Shown here: positions 1-10,960 of the stretch, one piece after another | Position numbering within the stretch: position 1 is the first letter of the stretch | Layout: every line of letters starts with the position of its first letter | Virus record (IMG/VR): IMGVR_UViG_2061766007_000740 | Strand: one strand, 5' to 3' | From: an uncultured virus (IMG/VR IMGVR_UViG_2061766007_000740) | Taxonomy: Duplodnaviria > Heunggongvirae > Uroviricota > Caudoviricetes | Length of the DNA stretch: 34,402 bases | The notes under the pieces: generated by a model | The model's input: the letters and a program-made list of their open reading frames with translations, nothing else | Told to the model about the DNA's origin: nothing | Databases searched by the model: none | Position numbers and translations under genes: made by a program

Positions 1-7
1 CCTGCCG

Positions 8-520
8 ATGATGGACTGGCTGACGGGTATTCCCACCACGCCGGTCTGTCTGGAGAAGATACAGGGCCGCGAGGCGCAGGAGAATGCCGACTTTCAGGGT
101 CTGCGCTTTGAGGACTGGCTGATTATCGAAGCCAATTACCAAGGATACCTCCGGCACAAGGAGATTTCCTTCATCAACGATATCAGCCGCATCCTGTACG
201 GCAAGCGTCTGGAGTTGAGCGCTCCGGAGGCGTACAGTGTCTTTCTCTGGGTCGCGTCGGTCAAGCAGCTGTTCGCCAACCGGTTCCCGCATTTCTTCGT
301 TCCCGCCCCTATCGATGAGAACAAACAGGAGAGCGACCGCGAGGTGTATGATAAGCTGCGTTCGGCGCGTAACTTGCAAATCCGTGCCCTCACCAAAGGC
401 GATATCACCAAGGAGAAGGAGATATACGAGATGGACTGCTGGCGTGCCCTGACCGAACTCGACGCACAGGCAGAGGAGTACAACGAACTGAAACGAATTC
501 AACAGAAAAATGGAAAATAG
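8..520 (+). CDS. Phage hypothetical protein in the morphogenesis module (probably 5'-truncated by the window edge)
   Basis: 170-aa ORF with phage-like codon usage, overlapping the next gene start; located upstream of tail-completion and terminase genes. Confidence 0.6.
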   Translation: MMDWLTGIPTTPVCLEKIQGREAQENADFQGLRFEDWLIIEANYQGYLRHKEISFINDISRILYGKRLELSAPEAYSVFLWVASVKQLFANRFPHFFVPAPIDENKQESDREVYDKLRSARNLQIRALTKGDITKEKEIYEMDCWRALTELDAQAEEYNELKRIQQKNGK

Positions 521-1071
521 AACGACCGAATGGAACCCCGTGGCTTTCTACGAGGGCCTGACCAAGCGCAACAAACTGGCGAAGGCGAAAGGTTTCGTCT
601 TCTGCAANNNNNNNNNNTCTGACCAAGCGCAACAAACTGGCGAAGGCGAAAGGTTTCGTCTTCTGCAAGGTGTCCGGACTGCAAGGCATGGTGGAAGCCG
701 TTGCCAAGATGCAGAGTACCGCCAACTTCGTGATGGTGGCCGATAACGCTGCCGGTTATACGGAACTGGACAACTCACCCCACACCCGCCGCACCAACAC
801 CGTCTTCATCGGTATGCGCCACAAGCTCGGTGACATGACCGCCCGGGCAACCTGCCTGAGCACCATCAAGGAGCTGAACCGGCAGTTCCTCTCCAAACTC
901 ATCATGGAGAAGACCCTGCTGGCGGAGAATGCGCAGTACCTCGACCCGCGGATCAACCTGCAGGAAGCACCGTCGGCACTCATCCCAGGTACTGCCGTCT
1001 GCATGTTCGAGGTAGCGGTCGATACCTACATCGATTTGAGTTATAACGAAAAAGAGTGGGACGATGATTGA
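510..1071 (+). CDS. Putative tail terminator/completion-like protein (split by N gap with duplicated flank)
   Basis: MENRTTEWNPVAFYEGLTKRNKLAK... joins ...VSGLQGMVEAV... once the ~50-bp duplication around the gap at 608-618 is removed; function inferred from size and context. Confidence 0.5.
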
Positions 1072-1342
1072 GTTAACCCAAGAGCAGCTGGAGCAGGTGG
1101 AGAAGCTGTCATCCATCTACATGAAGATTACCGATATCGCATTGGTGATAGAGGTGGATCCTCACGAACTGCGTGCCGCCATCAGCAACGAGTCGAGCGA
1201 GGTCAGCCGGCGCTACCGTCGCGGTAAAGCTACCAGCAAAGCCGAACTGCTCGCCCAGGAGATGCAGCTGGCCAAGATGGGTTCACCATTGTCCCTGGAT
1301 AAGATAAAAGATAACCTGCTCGATATGGAGGACGACGAGTAA
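1064..1342 (+). CDS. Small HTH-like protein upstream of terminase (terminase small subunit candidate)
   Basis: 92 aa, translationally coupled; ITDIALVIEVDPHELR resembles a helix-turn-helix. Confidence 0.5.
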   Translation: MIELTQEQLEQVEKLSSIYMKITDIALVIEVDPHELRAAISNESSEVSRRYRRGKATSKAELLAQEMQLAKMGSPLSLDKIKDNLLDMEDDE

Positions 1343-1343
1343 T

Positions 1344-1976
1344 ATGCCACAAGTCAAGAACATAGAACTGGCGCAGCGGGAGATGTTCACCCCTGCCGAG
1401 GAACTGCTGACGCGATACGATGCGGCGCGGGTGGACCACCTGCTCCGCCTGAGGGATATGTACAACTGGATGCTGTCCAATCCCTCCGAGCGCGACCGCA
1501 AGTTCATCGATACGTTCACCGGCAAGTACGGCATCTGCGAGACGGCTGCCTACTCGGACCTCGCCCTCATCAAGCAACTCATCCCGGCACTCGCTCCGGC
1601 GTCCCGCGAGTTCTACCGCAAGCAGGTGAGCGAGATGCTGCTGGAGACCTACAACATGGCGAAGGCACGCAAGGACACCAAGGCAATGGCAATGGCTGCC
1701 AAGGAACTGGGCAAGGTCAACCGCGTCGATATGGAGGACGAGAAGGCACTGCCCTACGACGATATCGTCATTCAGCCGTTCACCCCATCGTCCGACCCGA
1801 CCATCATCGGACTCAAGGTTATCCCGAATCTGGAGGAGGTCAAGGCACGCCTCCGCAAGCAGATGGCAATAGATAATCCGGACATCGAAGATATAGAGTT
1901 TGAACCCGCCGATTTGGAGGAAGAATCGCTCTTCCCGGAGGAAAAAGAGGAAAATGGCAAAGATATACTTCAATAA
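1344..1976 (+). CDS. Putative terminase small subunit
   Basis: 210-aa helical protein with acidic tail, directly upstream of and overlapping the terminase large subunit. Confidence 0.5.
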   Translation: MPQVKNIELAQREMFTPAEELLTRYDAARVDHLLRLRDMYNWMLSNPSERDRKFIDTFTGKYGICETAAYSDLALIKQLIPALAPASREFYRKQVSEMLLETYNMAKARKDTKAMAMAAKELGKVNRVDMEDEKALPYDDIVIQPFTPSSDPTIIGLKVIPNLEEVKARLRKQMAIDNPDIEDIEFEPADLEEESLFPEEKEENGKDILQ

Positions 1977-3558
1977 GATCCAGCAGCGCGTGATGTTCAT
2001 CGGCGCCAAGACGACGGTCGTTGTCGCCGGTCGCCGTACGGGTAAGACCTACGGCATGGGTGCGCCGTTTGCCTTCCGGAACATGCAGCGGATGCCCGGC
2101 TCTACCGGCGGCATCGTCGTGCCCACTTTCCGGCATGGTCTGACGAACACCTTGCCGGGACTGTTCAGCTGCTGGAAAGCGATGGGTCTGATTGAAGGCG
2201 TCCATTACGTGGTGGGCAAGAAACCGCCCAAAGGCTTCGGTGTGGCGAAGGTCGAACCGCAGGAGTACGAGCATGTGATATCGTTCTACAACGGAAGCCG
2301 AGCCATCCTCATCAGTCAGGACATCGCCGGTAGCTCCAACTCCCTTACGCNNNNNNNNNNCAACTTCGAGAAACTCAAGGACGAGACCCTGCCGGCTAAC
2401 GGCGGTATCCGGGCGTACTTCGGCAAGCACTCGTGCCATCACTCCATCATGATCATGTCCGATATGCCGGTCGGCAACAAAGGCAGTTGGTTCCTCAATT
2501 ACCGCGAGAAGATGAACCATGAGGTCATCGACTGCATCGAAGCGCTTGTGAATAAGGAGTACCAGCTGAAGGAGAAAGTGAAGACGCTGCGCAAAGCCGG
2601 CAAGCCGGTACCCGATTACATCAAGTACCAGCTCCGGAGCAATAACAAGGCGATTAACCAACTGCGTGCCGCTGCCGTCCTCTATGTCGAAGTCTCCACC
2701 ATCGAGAACCTGGAGGTCGTCGGAGTGAACTACATCCGCGACATGAAGCGCGACCTGCCGCCGCTCGTCTTCCAGACTTCCATCCTCTGCCAGCGCATCG
2801 GCATCCTTAAAGACGGCTTCTATAACTCCATGAAGGAGCGGCACAAGTACCACGCCGCCGACAACGATTATCTGCTGTCGCTCGGCTACGGCAAGACCGA
2901 AGCGGAGTACCAGAAACTGCTCAACAGCCAGGCAGACCGCGATGTCAATCCGGACATGCCTATCTGCATCGGCATGGACTACAACGCCAACATCAACTGG
3001 ATTGTAGCAGGACAGGAGAGCAACGGACGACTGAACGTCATCAAGTCCTTCTATGTCAAGTTCGAGCGGAAGATACCGGCGCTCATTGCCGATTTCTGCA
3101 CTTACTACCGCAACCACCGCAAGAAGCAAGTCGTCTTCTACTATGACTCCACGGCGCTCGGATCCAACTACGCCGTCAATAAGGACGACTTCAAGAAAGT
3201 CATCGAGCGGGAGTTCAAATCCCACGGCTGGGCGTGCAAGTCCGTTTATCTCGGACCGCCGATGCGCCACACCGAGAAATACCTGCTCATCAACAGGGGC
3301 TTTGCCGGACAGAACCGACTCACGCCCTACTTCAATATGGATAACAACGAGGCGTTACTCATCGCCATCCAGTCCGCCGAGGTCATGCGAGGCTCGAACG
3401 GTTTCAAGAAGTACAAGGCAGGTGAGAAACTGGCGGAGTCCGAGGAGAACCTGCTGGAGCACCGCACCGACGGTACCGACGCCTTCGATACCCTCTACAT
3501 CGGCATGAATAACAAACCCGTCAAGTTCGCCACTGTCAGCTTGCTTGGCGTAGGATAA
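1954..3558 (+). CDS. terL: Terminase large subunit
   Basis: N-terminal ATPase Walker A VAGRRTGKT; C-terminal RNaseH-like nuclease acidic motifs (IGMDYN, YYDST, TDGTDAFD); start taken at ATG 1954. Confidence 0.9.
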   Translation: MAKIYFNKIQQRVMFIGAKTTVVVAGRRTGKTYGMGAPFAFRNMQRMPGSTGGIVVPTFRHGLTNTLPGLFSCWKAMGLIEGVHYVVGKKPPKGFGVAKVEPQEYEHVISFYNGSRAILISQDIAGSSNSLTXXXXNFEKLKDETLPANGGIRAYFGKHSCHHSIMIMSDMPVGNKGSWFLNYREKMNHEVIDCIEALVNKEYQLKEKVKTLRKAGKPVPDYIKYQLRSNNKAINQLRAAAVLYVEVSTIENLEVVGVNYIRDMKRDLPPLVFQTSILCQRIGILKDGFYNSMKERHKYHAADNDYLLSLGYGKTEAEYQKLLNSQADRDVNPDMPICIGMDYNANINWIVAGQESNGRLNVIKSFYVKFERKIPALIADFCTYYRNHRKKQVVFYYDSTALGSNYAVNKDDFKKVIEREFKSHGWACKSVYLGPPMRHTEKYLLINRGFAGQNRLTPYFNMDNNEALLIAIQSAEVMRGSNGFKKYKAGEKLAESEENLLEHRTDGTDAFDTLYIGMNNKPVKFATVSLLGVG

Positions 3559-3576
3559 AGACACAATATTATAATT

Positions 3577-6500
3577 ATGAATAACGATACCACCGTAGGC
3601 CTGTACATCAACGGCAAACAGGCAGAGAAGACACTGGACATCCTTCAGGAGAAAGCCAATACCCTCGGCAAGCAGCTGGAGGAGGCTGTCCGTCGCGGCG
3701 ATAAGGCTGCGCAGAAGCAACTCAACAAATCCCTCAAGGATGTCAACCAGACCATCAAGCAGATCCAGTCCTCCACCAAGAACGTGGCGGATGTGATGGC
3801 GCGTCTCGATAAGGCGACGCCGCACGAGCNNNNNNNNNNNNNNNNNNNNNNNNNNNNNNNNNNNNNNNNTGGTACTCCGGCATGGGATGCCCATGTGCAG
3901 AAGATTCGCCAAGTCAAAGCAGAGATCGATAAGGTCAACGCCGAGATGAAGGAATCCGAATCGCTGCTCGTCCGGATGCGGAACGGTGTCCAGAACTGGG
4001 GTGCGATGGCCGCCGGTGCGGTAGCTGCTTTCTCCGGTGTCGTGATGNNNNNNNNNNNNNNNNNNNNNNNNNNNNNNNNNNNNNNNNNCATACGCCGAGA
4101 TGCAACAAGAGGAAGCGAATGTCCGCAAGTACACCGGCATGACCGAGGAGGAAGTGAACCACCTCAACGACGCCTTCAAGAAGATGGACACCCGTACCAG
4201 CCGCGAGGAACTGAACAAGCTCGCACAGGAAGCCGGTCGGCTCGGTCTGCAATCCGAGGAGGATGTGTTAGGCTTCGTCAAAGCCGCCGATAANNNNNNN
4301 NNNNNNNNNNNNNNNNNNNNNNNNNNNNNNNNNNNNNNNNNNNNCTGACGCTCTCCAAACTGACAGATATCTTCGGCGATAGGGAGCGCCTTGGCACGGA
4401 GCAATCGCTGCTGGCGGTCGGTTCGGTTATCAATGAGCTGTCGCAGAACTCCACCGCAGCGGCACCCTATCTGGCAGAGTTCGCCCAGCGTCTCGCCGGT
4501 GTTGGCGCTCAAGCCCACATGACCATTCCGGAGATTATGGGCTTCGGTGCCGTGCTCGATAGCCAAGGTCAGAAGCTGGAGATGTCCTCGACGGCGCTCT
4601 CCAAGGTTATCATGAATCTCTTTAAGGACCCGGCAAAGATAGCCAAGGCTACCGGTCTCGCCGTGGAGGAGTTCTCGGAGACCTGCAAACGCAGTACCAA
4701 CGAGGGCTTACTCATGTTGCTCGAACGCTTGCACGAACTGGGTGGTATTGACTCCCTGGCACCGGTGTTCGCTGACATGGGCGAGAACGGTGCTCGTGCT
4801 TCGGCTGTCCTCGCTGCCCTTGCCGGCAATGTGGACATGGTGCGTCAACAGCAGGAAGCCGCCAATGTCGCCTTCAACGAGGCTGTCTCCATCGATAAAG
4901 AGTTTGAGGTGCAGAATACCACCGTACAAGCCGGTCTGGAGAAAGCGCGCAAGGGCTTCACCGAGATGGCGGTCACGCTCGGCAAGGAACTCATGCCTAT
5001 CGTCTCCAAGGTGATATCCTCCACCTCGATGACCATGCGAGTGCTGCTCAAGGTCATTCAGTTCGTCAAGGAGTACCGTGCTGTCATCATCGGCGCTACT
5101 ACGGCACTCGTCGCCTATTACGCTCTGGTTAACATGAAATCGGCATGGAATACGTTCACCGGCGGTATCAAGAAAGCTACGGCAGCGGTTAAGGCGTTTA
5201 ACGCTGCGCTGAAGACACATCCATATGCCGCATTTACAGCAGCTCTATTGGGTGTGGTGGCTGTTATGGCGGCAATCATCAAGAAGCGTAGCGAGATGTC
5301 CCTGCAGGATAAGGTCGTTGCCGACGCGCAGAAGGAGATTAACAAGCAGTATGTCGAGCAGAAGTCGAAGATAGACCTGCTCAATGACACGCTGCACGAT
5401 GAGAAACTGTCGCTCGAGGCCCGAAAGAAGGCGCTGGATGAGTTGAAGTCCATCGTTCCGGACTACCACGCTTCCCTGACGAACGAAGGTAAGTTAATCA
5501 ACGACAACGCAGATGCCATCGATAACTACACCAAGAAGCTCGAAAAGCAGATCCAGATGCAAGTCTATCAGGAGAAACTGATGGAGTTGTACCAAAAGAA
5601 GATGCAGGCAGAAGATTGGCTGTCTGAGAGCGAAGCCGCATTGGAAAAGGCGCAGAACGAGGCTGCTGAACATGCCGGAGAGGTGCAGATGCGTACATCG
5701 ATGGGCGCTGCCGGTCCGACAGGTGGTTACGAGAATTCCTATTCCGTCAATGTCCGTGTCAAGACCGAGAATCTGGAAGGAGCCAAGAAGGAACTGAGTT
5801 CCATCGAGGATGCTATCACCAAGATTAAGGGTAAGATAGGCGATGGCGGTTTGCTCGAAGCACCAACCAAGACCAATACCGTCACTCCGGAGAGCGGTGC
5901 GCCCACCGGAGGCGGTGAGGAGCAAGAGCTGAAGGATAAGCTGAAGGAGTTGGCGGACATCCGGAAGACCATCATGGCGCAGGATAAGATTGCGTACCTG
6001 CAGGGTGTCACGAACTACGAGCAGTACCAACAGGCGCAGCTGGAGACCGAGATAGCCTATCAGAAGAAAGTGATGGAGGTGCACGGCAAAGGCACGACCG
6101 GCTATCTCGAAGCCGAAGCCTCGATGTTGGAGGCACAGAAGAGACTCAAAGAGCACGCCGCCGGGCAGACTATCGAAGCGGAGCAGCAACGCTACTCTGA
6201 TGAGAAGGCGGCGGCGGATCAGCGGTATGCGGACGGGAAAATTAGCGCCAAGGCGTACCAGTTGGAGATGGAGCAGATGGAACTCACCCACCTTCAGAAC
6301 CTCGTCAACATCTACGACGAGGGAAGCAAGGAGCGTCTGAAAGCGCAGGAAAAATACAACCAGACCTCGCTCAAGTATCAGCAGAAGCACGCTCAGGAAG
6401 CCAAGAAGATGCAGGATCAGCTGCAGAAGGAGTACTTCTCCAACGTCTCCGGTGTGACTAACTCCGAGGGCTACGCGGAGGAACGGATGCAGTTGGAGGT

Positions 6501-7477
6501 GGTTCGCGAGTTGATGTTAGCACAAGCCACGGCAGACCAGAAGTTGCAGATTGAGGAGGCCTACCAGCAAGCTCGGTATGAGTTGGCTAAGAAGTATCAC
6601 GATGAGGAAGGCATGTATGCCGTTGACTCTGCTCAGGCATGGAGCGATAAGGTCGCGGAGTTCTTGCAGTCAGAGGGCGCGCAGAAGTTCCAGAAGGCAT
6701 TCAGTACCATGGTAAACGGCATGGGGCAGATATTCTCCGGTCTCACTTCCCTCATTGACGCAGAAACCGACCTGCAAACCGCGCAGATTGAGAAGCGTTA
6801 CCAGAAGGAGATTGACGCAGCGGGCAACAATAAAGACCTTGTGGCTAAACTGGAAGCCGAGAAGGAGGCAGAGATTGCCAAGGTAAAGAATGAGGCTGAG
6901 GAAAAGAAATATGGTATGGAGATTGCATCGGCCATTGCACAAACGGCGGTTGCTGCNNNNNNNNNNNNNNNNNNNNNNNNNNNNNNNNNNNNNNNNNNNN
7001 NNTGCTGCAGCAATGGCAGTGGCAGCCGGAGCAATTCAGATTGCAGCGATAAAGAAACAACACGAGGCTGCGATGGCGCAGGGTTACGCTGCCGGTGGTT
7101 ATACTGCACCGGGTGGTAAGTACCAGCCTGCCGGTATCGTGCACGCCGGAGAGTGGGTAGCCTCGCAGGAACTGCTTGCGAACCCCACCGCCGCCGCTAC
7201 CATCGCCCAACTCGACCAGGCGCAGAAAACGAACACCATAGGGCAGCTATCGAAACCATCGGTATTTGAGGGTAGCAAACCCCGGTATTCAGAGGGTGCA
7301 AATACCGGTATTCGTGATACGCAAACCCCGGGGGTTAATGTCGGCGAGTCCCTCGACCGGCTTAACAAGACGCTCGATAACGGTATCTATGCGGCAACGA
7401 CCATGACCGGCGATAAGGGTATCCTGCGCCAGCAGCGTCGATATGAACAATTAATGCGTAACAAGTCGAAGAAATGA
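3577..7477 (+). CDS. Tail tape measure protein (~1300 aa; frame breaks at N gaps)
   Basis: Long Ala/Glu/Lys-rich coiled-coil ORF pieces 3577-4293, 4100-4348, 4519-7119 and 6890-7477; TP901-type core (EIMGFGAVLDS, ADMGENGARA); C-terminal GYAAGGYT...AGIVHAGEWV. Confidence 0.9.
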
Positions 7478-9330
7478 AAATCTTAGTTAATGGCAAGCAA
7501 GCGGTGATGAAAGAAGGGTCATCGTTTGAGTATCATTCCGAGAACCCGTTGTTCACGGAAGCGGAAGACTATTCGTTTGATATCGAGTTCCCGATGAAAG
7601 ACTGTCCGCAGAACATCCTTATCTTCGGTGCGCTGCACGTGAAAGGTGTGGATATCTCCACCGTCACGTACCCGTGCCGGATCCAGACGGCGTCGTTCGA
7701 TAAGACCGGCATTCTGACCATCACGGAGGTCAACGACGCTGCCGTCAAAGGTCAGTTCCTCGAAGGTATGAGCACCGACCGTTTCAGTACCGGCGGTCTG
7801 GACATGTACATCGACGAGATTGATTTCTCCCTCATCGACGGCACGAACGGCGATTCGTCCTATGTGATGAGCGATGACCACTTTGTCGATTTGCCGGTAT
7901 GGGATAAGGACGAGGATAAGCTTTTCTCTCTCTTCGCGGATTCATTGCCGGTTCTGCGGCATATCTATCTGCACGAGGTGGTCGATTGGATAGCGTTTCA
8001 GTCTGGGATGGATGTAGATTTGTCTGCTATAGAATCGAGCACAGTCTATCAGCGATTGGTGGTCTGCAATACGACGGATCATGTCAAGTATGTATCAGAT
8101 GTGTTTGATACACCGGGCGTAGTGACCGGTGGCTTCTATTTCATGGATATCGAGAAGACATTGCCGCACTGGACGGTTCGGGAATTCTTCCAGGAGTTGG
8201 CGAAGATGTTCACATGCAAGGCTGTGTTCGATGGTAGTCGGAACTCCGTTAAGTTTCTTCCTATTTCTAACCTCATCGGCAGTTCCGGCAATGTTAACAT
8301 CAATGTATTGGATGACTTCGCGGTGGAGACACAAGATAGCGAGGATAAGGTACGCAAGGCGGTTGAGTTCAAATTCCCGGACGACTGCAACCCGAACAAT
8401 GTGAACAGCTGTCCTTGGATATACGACTATATCGAGCATCTGAAGGTGGTTCAGTTGATTACACAGGAGCAATACAATCCGACATGGTTGGCGCAGCACC
8501 CCTATGCGGATAACGTCTGGTATCGCCGAAGCCGTCTCTATGAATGTGTGAGTAACATAGCCGGTGTGTATGGCATCGTTACAGAGATTACCAAGAGGGA
8601 TGATCTGACGCAGTTCGGCAACCAGTTGCACTTCATCAAGTTCGAAGTGCTCAATCAGTTCTGGAACGAGGATGGGGCAGAGGAATTGAAGATGTACCCG
8701 GCTAACTTGGAATGGAAGCGTATCTTGCGGCATCTGAACTATTGGGAAACGATTGGCAGAGACAGCTATGGAGTTCCCGGATATGTCGATACGGAAGCTA
8801 CTTTCGCTAATCCGTATAAGATGCCGGTTGTGTCGGTTGCCAAATATAGCCCTACAGAGCAACTCTTGGATAATCAATGGGTGTGGAGTGCCGGCGAATT
8901 AGTAGAGCAAGGCTCCCCAAAAGCAGAAATCAAAGGTATTGCCTTGGTAATAGTGAACGGGCAGAGCACTTCGGATGGTAGCCATCTGAACACTCGCAAG
9001 TGGGAGCCGCAGATTGGAACGGAGTATGCACAGGAAACTATTACCGCCACGGAGGGAATCGTTCCGGATTACTACCAGGGTATTCAGGAATATCAATATT
9101 CAATGACTCCGGGCATGTGGTCGGTGGTTGGATCCGCTACGCCGGAACCGCCCCAAGTGGACGAGACGAAGCTCTACAGGTACAAGTTCCTTGCGTCCTC
9201 GCTGCCATCCGCCACGGCCATCTATGTCATCAAGGGCAAACGGTATGCCTGTCTCCGTCTTACGGCACACTTCACCGTGGACGGTATGAGTGAACTTATC
9301 GAAGGCGAGTTCTACGAGATTGTCGGCTAA
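7474..9330 (+). CDS. Tail protein (hub/receptor-binding candidate)
   Basis: 618 aa, ATGA-coupled to the tape measure gene; N-terminal ENPLFTEAEDYSFDIEFP resembles Bacteroidetes siphovirus post-TMP tail proteins. Confidence 0.7.
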   Translation: MKILVNGKQAVMKEGSSFEYHSENPLFTEAEDYSFDIEFPMKDCPQNILIFGALHVKGVDISTVTYPCRIQTASFDKTGILTITEVNDAAVKGQFLEGMSTDRFSTGGLDMYIDEIDFSLIDGTNGDSSYVMSDDHFVDLPVWDKDEDKLFSLFADSLPVLRHIYLHEVVDWIAFQSGMDVDLSAIESSTVYQRLVVCNTTDHVKYVSDVFDTPGVVTGGFYFMDIEKTLPHWTVREFFQELAKMFTCKAVFDGSRNSVKFLPISNLIGSSGNVNINVLDDFAVETQDSEDKVRKAVEFKFPDDCNPNNVNSCPWIYDYIEHLKVVQLITQEQYNPTWLAQHPYADNVWYRRSRLYECVSNIAGVYGIVTEITKRDDLTQFGNQLHFIKFEVLNQFWNEDGAEELKMYPANLEWKRILRHLNYWETIGRDSYGVPGYVDTEATFANPYKMPVVSVAKYSPTEQLLDNQWVWSAGELVEQGSPKAEIKGIALVIVNGQSTSDGSHLNTRKWEPQIGTEYAQETITATEGIVPDYYQGIQEYQYSMTPGMWSVVGSATPEPPQVDETKLYRYKFLASSLPSATAIYVIKGKRYACLRLTAHFTVDGMSELIEGEFYEIVG

Positions 9331-10526
9331 TACGCACCTGCCTTATCATTGATACGCGCTATCAGACCATCGTCGATATGGTCTGCATAGCGTGTTGTCA
9401 TACTCAGGTCACTGTGACCGGCTGCGTGCATCACGTCGATATCTGCCACTCCGTCGAGCAGCAAATCATGGATACCCGTGTCCCGGAGTGAATACAACTG
9501 ATACTTTGCCGGCAGGTGCAACGCTTCCCGCATCTTCATCCATTCCTTAGCGAACATCTGACTGTTCTTGGGCCGGTCACCGTATGTCCAGGCGCGATTG
9601 CTGAACAGGTAATCGTTCGGTCCTGCCCCGGCAAGGTACTTCCGGAGCAACCGTTTCAGTCCGTCATCCATGCGTCCGAAGCGCTCCTTACCGTTCTTCG
9701 TTATCTCTCCCGGCATGACGATGCAACTGCGGTCATACCTTATATTATTAACACGTACGCGCGTAGCCTCTACCGGTCGGAGCAGCGCCGTATAGACCAA
9801 CCGGCACATGAGCTGCATCGCCGGATTGTTGGCGGCAAAGTAAGCGTCAATCTGCAAGCGGGTGCTTTCCGGAATGAGTGTGCGCGTCTTCTGCTTGGTG
9901 CGCTTCGGTTTGATGGTCTCAAACGGATTCTCCTTCGCGTAGCACTTATCGATGCACCAGCTGAAGAATGCCCGCCCGAGCTTCAGGTTACTGTTGAACG
10001 CCCGTTCGGAGATGTGTTCCGCATCCTGCGCTTTCTTCTTGCCTACGTTCTTCCGGGCACTTTGTCCGCTCCAGATCCAGTCCAGGAACTGCACGGCCAT
10101 CATCTTCGTGAATAGCGCACAGTTACACTGCGGGTAGTTCGCATCGAGCCATTCCCGGAGGCGTCCGGTGAACGACCGGTAACAGGGGAGCGAGCTGCTC
10201 GACAGCGCACTCTCTTTCTCCCGCATGTACTGGTCGATAATCTGACCTATCGGCACGTACTCGCGCGTGTTCTGCACCTCGCCCATCGGACTCCAGCCGT
10301 TGGCCAGCCGGATGTTCAGATTGCAGATCACACTCTGACAGTACGCTTTGAACTCGGTCAGGTTCTGGTAACGCTTGCGGATGCGGTTCATCTTCATCGT
10401 CCGGCGCTGCATCTCGCCGGTCAAGCCGTTCAGGAAATAATACTCGATGACATACCCGTGAGTAGTGTACCGACATAGCTTCGCCGGTACATAAGGGGTA
10501 AACTCTAACGTGTGAGACTTAGACAT
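9327..10526 (-). CDS. int: Tyrosine recombinase / phage integrase
   Basis: Catalytic motifs LLRPVE (R), TKNGKER (K), YSLRDT (H/YxxR), AGHSDLSMTTRY (H,Y); adjacent to tRNA-derived att cores. Confidence 0.95.
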   Translation of the reverse strand: MSKSHTLEFTPYVPAKLCRYTTHGYVIEYYFLNGLTGEMQRRTMKMNRIRKRYQNLTEFKAYCQSVICNLNIRLANGWSPMGEVQNTREYVPIGQIIDQYMREKESALSSSSLPCYRSFTGRLREWLDANYPQCNCALFTKMMAVQFLDWIWSGQSARKNVGKKKAQDAEHISERAFNSNLKLGRAFFSWCIDKCYAKENPFETIKPKRTKQKTRTLIPESTRLQIDAYFAANNPAMQLMCRLVYTALLRPVEATRVRVNNIRYDRSCIVMPGEITKNGKERFGRMDDGLKRLLRKYLAGAGPNDYLFSNRAWTYGDRPKNSQMFAKEWMKMREALHLPAKYQLYSLRDTGIHDLLLDGVADIDVMHAAGHSDLSMTTRYADHIDDGLIARINDKAGAY

Positions 10527-10578
10527 TTTTTTTTCTTTCCAATTCTCGCGAGAACCGGAAAGAAGCCCATCGGCACGG

Positions 10579-10694
10579 GTTTAGTATGGTAAACCACCGG
10601 GTTTGGTATGGTCGAATAAAGTTTGGTATGGTCGGAATCAAGTTTGGTATGGTGAGAAGATGAGTTTGGTATTCTCACCGCGCACTTTGGTATT
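10579..10694. repeat. Six phased (G)TTTGGTAT repeats, ~21-bp period, upstream of integrase
   Basis: Copies start at 10579, 10601, 10621, 10642, 10664 and 10685. Confidence 0.85.
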
Positions 10695-10704
10695 CTCGAC
10701 ATCC

Positions 10705-10910
10705 GTGCCGGTTTTGTGCCGATTTTTATTATTATGATTAAGGGCAGCCTTGTATTTGCTGCCCTTGTGGTGCCAACGGGAATCGAACCAGTGATCCTAA
10801 GGGTGGGCGATTCGGTTGGCAATCACATTGGCTTCCTCCCTATTCTCATAGGTTTAACAATGTTCTTGTTTTGGCAACCCGGACGACTGTGTGCCGTCCT
10901 CGTGCCGATT
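10705..10910 (-). other. attP-like site 1 (tRNA-Phe-like 3' fragment, hairpin, GTGCCG arm pairs)
   Basis: Core 10768-10794 reads TCACTGGTTCGATTCCCGTTGGCACCA on the minus strand; hairpin 10740-10766; GTGCCG pairs at 10705/10716 and 10891/10902. Confidence 0.8.
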
Positions 10911-10960
10911 GAGGATAGGTAGGATCATCCTCGGCCATCGTCACACCACTTAAAACTGCT

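Noticed and set aside
558..668. Tandem duplications beside ~10-N gaps (also 23875-23984 and 25467-25575)
   Set aside because: About 50-bp overlaps flanking N runs, identical or differing only at the first base; typical scaffolding or SNP-bubble artefacts
1230..4566. Long antisense ORFs (e.g. 1840-3270, 3355-4566; also 24018-24980)
   Set aside because: Shadow frames of GC3-rich sense genes with no motifs
3577..7477. Programmed frameshifts in tape measure, capsid and other split genes
   Set aside because: Every frame break coincides with an N run of estimated length
10579..10694. Mini-CRISPR
   Set aside because: Repeats of 9-12 nt and spacers of ~10 nt are far too short
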